Shown one piece after another: positions 44,743-47,076 of a DNA stretch of 47,076 nt. The position numbers and the translations under genes were made by a program. Source of the stretch: a virus (taxonomy: Duplodnaviria > Caudoviricetes); IMG/VR virus record IMGVR_UViG_3300027644_000022, positions 1 through 47,076 of that record. The stretch is one strand, 5' to 3'. The notes beneath the pieces are model-generated. The model ran no database searches and was not told where the DNA came from. It worked only from the letters and a program-made list of their open reading frames with translations. Numbering within the stretch: position 1 is the first letter of the stretch; the number at the start of each line of letters is the position of its first letter.

Positions 44743-45030
44743 TTAATCTTCCTTTTTGAGGTTTTCCCAAGGTTCTGGATTGACTACGTTTGGTTTAACA
44801 ATTTCTTTCAGAGCCTCGATGTTGCGGAGGGCATCGTAATACCCTTCGCGACGTGCATTCATCAAGGCATTGTACTGAATCGTATCAACACCTTGCGGGG
44901 CTCTTCCCTCGGCCGGTAGGGCGACATCCTTTAAAACATCTAAGCCTTTTTTAAGTGTCTCGTTGTTATCCCAGAGATTTTTCCATTCTAATTGAAGATC
45001 TTCTCGTTTTGCCCAATCTTGTATTTTCAT
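44743..45030 (-). CDS. small head-assembly-region protein
   Basis: typical position between portal and scaffold; A.REG...AL..I helix. Confidence 0.7.
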   Translation of the reverse strand: MKIQDWAKREDLQLEWKNLWDNNETLKKGLDVLKDVALPAEGRAPQGVDTIQYNALMNARREGYYDALRNIEALKEIVKPNVVNPEPWENLKKED

Positions 45031-45036
45031 TGTGTC

Positions 45037-45054
45037 TTGACGCTAGAAGGTCAA
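45037..45054. promoter_or_regulatory. perfect TTGAC-N8-GTCAA palindrome
   Basis: TTGACGCTAGAAGGTCAA fills most of the 30-nt gap after the portal. Confidence 0.65.
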
Positions 45055-45060
45055 TATGCT

Positions 45061-47076
45061 TTAGGCAAGACTTTTCTGTCGTATCTTCTGGGCGGCTTCC
45101 GCGTCTCTAATTGCCATCTTCTGCTGAACATCGGCCGCCTTGAGCCTTTGATCTAGTTGAGATTGTTGGAGTTTAATTTGGGAATCAACTTGGGCCTTTT
45201 GAATGGCCAGTTGTGTCTTAGGATCTACCTGACCACCTTGCTGAGATGCTCGGGCTTGTGCTTCCCTTTTCGCTTGGGCGGCAAGTTGTTTGCCAATATT
45301 TTCCACAGCCTCGCGCATCTGGTTAAGGATTTCGCGAGCCATTCCGACTTCTTGGCTTCGAGAAGGATCTAAAGCCAATTGTTCGGCATGTGCCGTGCTG
45401 TGCGGGTACTGAACTTGTAGGTAAGACATTGCCAATTTAGGGTCAACCTGATTTTGTTGCAGAGCTTGCAGGAACCTCGCGGCATCTTCTAAGTGCACTT
45501 TTACATGAACCGCATGGTTCTCCCCCGGATTAACGCTGACCCCGCGACCACCTTGCATAGTACCGTTTTCGAGTTCAGCAATTTTGGCGTCGATCGGAAT
45601 TCGCTCAATCTCACCTTTGGGGATATATCGGTCAACTTGGTCATAACCAACCCGTGCGGCTACTCGGTCACGAATAAGATTTCTCTGACCCACCTCGTCG
45701 AATCTTGGCATAATCGCCATAAATTCGTTAAAGGCCAACATGCGAGCACCAGGGCTTCCAGCCCCAATCGCTCGAACGGCTTGAATTCGGTACACCTTCT
45801 CAACTGCCTTCCAAGGAACTCCGCGAGCTTCAATCCTTTTGCGGAAAGCAATAGCTTCTTCGCCACCTGGCTCGTCGGAACGATACTTGACGGTAGCTAG
45901 GCGTCGGAACTGCTCGGTCAGCAATTTCTGAAAGGGAATGTAGTAGAGATTCATTGCCTGCGCCGAGAGGATAGATTGTTGGGCGAGTTGAGCTTGGACT
46001 TCGGTTGCAGTTCGAGCGTCCCCGTCAGGCATAACCTGTTTTGGATTATAAGTACCAGTATTGTTTTGACGGACAACTTCGAGATCTCGAACAATCGGAA
46101 GCACATTACCAGCCAGATTGGGCATAGTTTTATCAACAACATTAATGCCGGGAGGCAGAATCGAGAGCGGACCATTGTACATCAAAGAAAGATTGCTGAC
46201 GTCTTCGCCAGTAGCTGGCTGGATCATCAGCGCCGAGGAAAGCATGGCTCCATCAACAATTGCGTTCCGCATACGATTAGAAAGCTGGATGAAGGGGAAT
46301 AGCTTGTAACCCAAGCCTCTCACACTATGGAGAAGGCCATTCGTGCCGATCCCGTAGGAGAATAATACAAAAGCCTCATTTGCGTGCTCGAAACGACTTG
46401 GCTTCTTGAATAAGAAGTCATCCGAGTCCCCTGCTCGAGTGGCAATGTAGTGAGAGATCGTTCCATCAAATTCTTTGACGAAATAGTGGATACACCGAAC
46501 AACCTTGGATCGTGCATGAGAGTACATCAGATCATTGTTCTTAAGTTCCTCTTGGAGACGCTCCCAATCGCGAGAGTTGGAACTCGTTCCATTATCCGTG
46601 GACAACAGAATGGCTCTGCGAGTTTCTTCTACGTTCCAGCCAAGTTCAGTAGCAATCTTCGGGTTCTCAATAAACTGATACAACTCTCCAACTAGGTAAT
46701 GGCGCTCGATTGTAGCTACCTCGACCTTGGTGTCGCAAGCGGGTGTTCCGCGTGGAACTTTAAAGTCTTTGAGCCCGCACACGCTCCACTTCCAACTGCG
46801 GTTATCCTCGAAGTAAGCAACCCCAACACCTTGTGAAACGAACTGGTGGGACAGCATTTGTTGCTTATAGAAAAACTCGTCCCAATCCGTAATGGTTCGG
46901 TGGAACTCTTCGGCAATAATGCTTTCCCACTCTACCCTCTGGGCGGGATCTCCCTCGGATGTCTTTACCGTGGCCAGCCTATCAACAGAGTTAACCAAGT
47001 CAGAATAAGCGGAAAGAGCTGTCTCGAGAGCTGCGGCAGACTCGCCAAAGTTTAGATTCGCACGATATCCCTGCCC
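45061..47076 (-). CDS. portal protein (5' end outside the window)
   Basis: frame open to the window edge; G.G.KL, RTATEV, ENH.VH motifs and Q-rich C-terminal helices. Confidence 0.85.
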   Translation of the reverse strand, partial: GQGYRANLNFGESAAALETALSAYSDLVNSVDRLATVKTSEGDPAQRVEWESIIAEEFHRTITDWDEFFYKQQMLSHQFVSQGVGVAYFEDNRSWKWSVCGLKDFKVPRGTPACDTKVEVATIERHYLVGELYQFIENPKIATELGWNVEETRRAILLSTDNGTSSNSRDWERLQEELKNNDLMYSHARSKVVRCIHYFVKEFDGTISHYIATRAGDSDDFLFKKPSRFEHANEAFVLFSYGIGTNGLLHSVRGLGYKLFPFIQLSNRMRNAIVDGAMLSSALMIQPATGEDVSNLSLMYNGPLSILPPGINVVDKTMPNLAGNVLPIVRDLEVVRQNNTGTYNPKQVMPDGDARTATEVQAQLAQQSILSAQAMNLYYIPFQKLLTEQFRRLATVKYRSDEPGGEEAIAFRKRIEARGVPWKAVEKVYRIQAVRAIGAGSPGARMLAFNEFMAIMPRFDEVGQRNLIRDRVAARVGYDQVDRYIPKGEIERIPIDAKIAELENGTMQGGRGVSVNPGENHAVHVKVHLEDAARFLQALQQNQVDPKLAMSYLQVQYPHSTAHAEQLALDPSRSQEVGMAREILNQMREAVENIGKQLAAQAKREAQARASQQGGQVDPKTQLAIQKAQVDSQIKLQQSQLDQRLKAADVQQKMAIRDAEAAQKIRQKSLA

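Noticed and set aside
1-47076. CRISPR array, IS element, integrase, or alternative genetic code
   Set aside because: No regularly spaced direct repeats or transposase/integrase motifs noticed; genes tile densely under the standard code with all three stop codons used

Overview
The window is about 47 kb of a tailed dsDNA bacteriophage with podovirus-like organisation. The host cannot be identified, although a lipoprotein spanin suggests a diderm. Bases 1-8330 hold a + strand block of small, SD-led early/accessory genes: a YgiT-type Zn finger, an HTH protein, a possible histone-fold protein, a GP88-like protein, and a C5 DNA methyltransferase with an overprinted second subunit. This block also contains a ~177-nt structured non-coding element. 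Bases 8360-47076 hold the - strand virion/lysis operon. In transcription order it runs: portal (truncated by the window edge), scaffold, a 5-gene inserted cassette including a glycosyltransferase, major capsid, decoration protein, lysis genes (u-spanin-like, holin, CHAP endolysin), a PD-(D/E)XK nuclease, tail nozzle, three tandem tail-collar paralogues, a duplicated adaptor, tail fibres, internal virion proteins, a 3546-aa polyvalent internal virion protein and a GH73 glucosaminidase. The most notable feature is the 3546-aa protein. By motif inspection it carries a sigma70/ECF-like module, a zincin-like peptidase, a HeH-like module, a HipA/PI3K-like kinase and an ART-PolyVal domain, with a recurring LG[AV][AS][LM]P linker at several domain boundaries. 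It may be an injected, proteolytically released host-takeover payload. A TTGAC-N8-GTCAA palindrome recurs six times just upstream of genes. All family calls come from reading motifs by eye; no searches were run.
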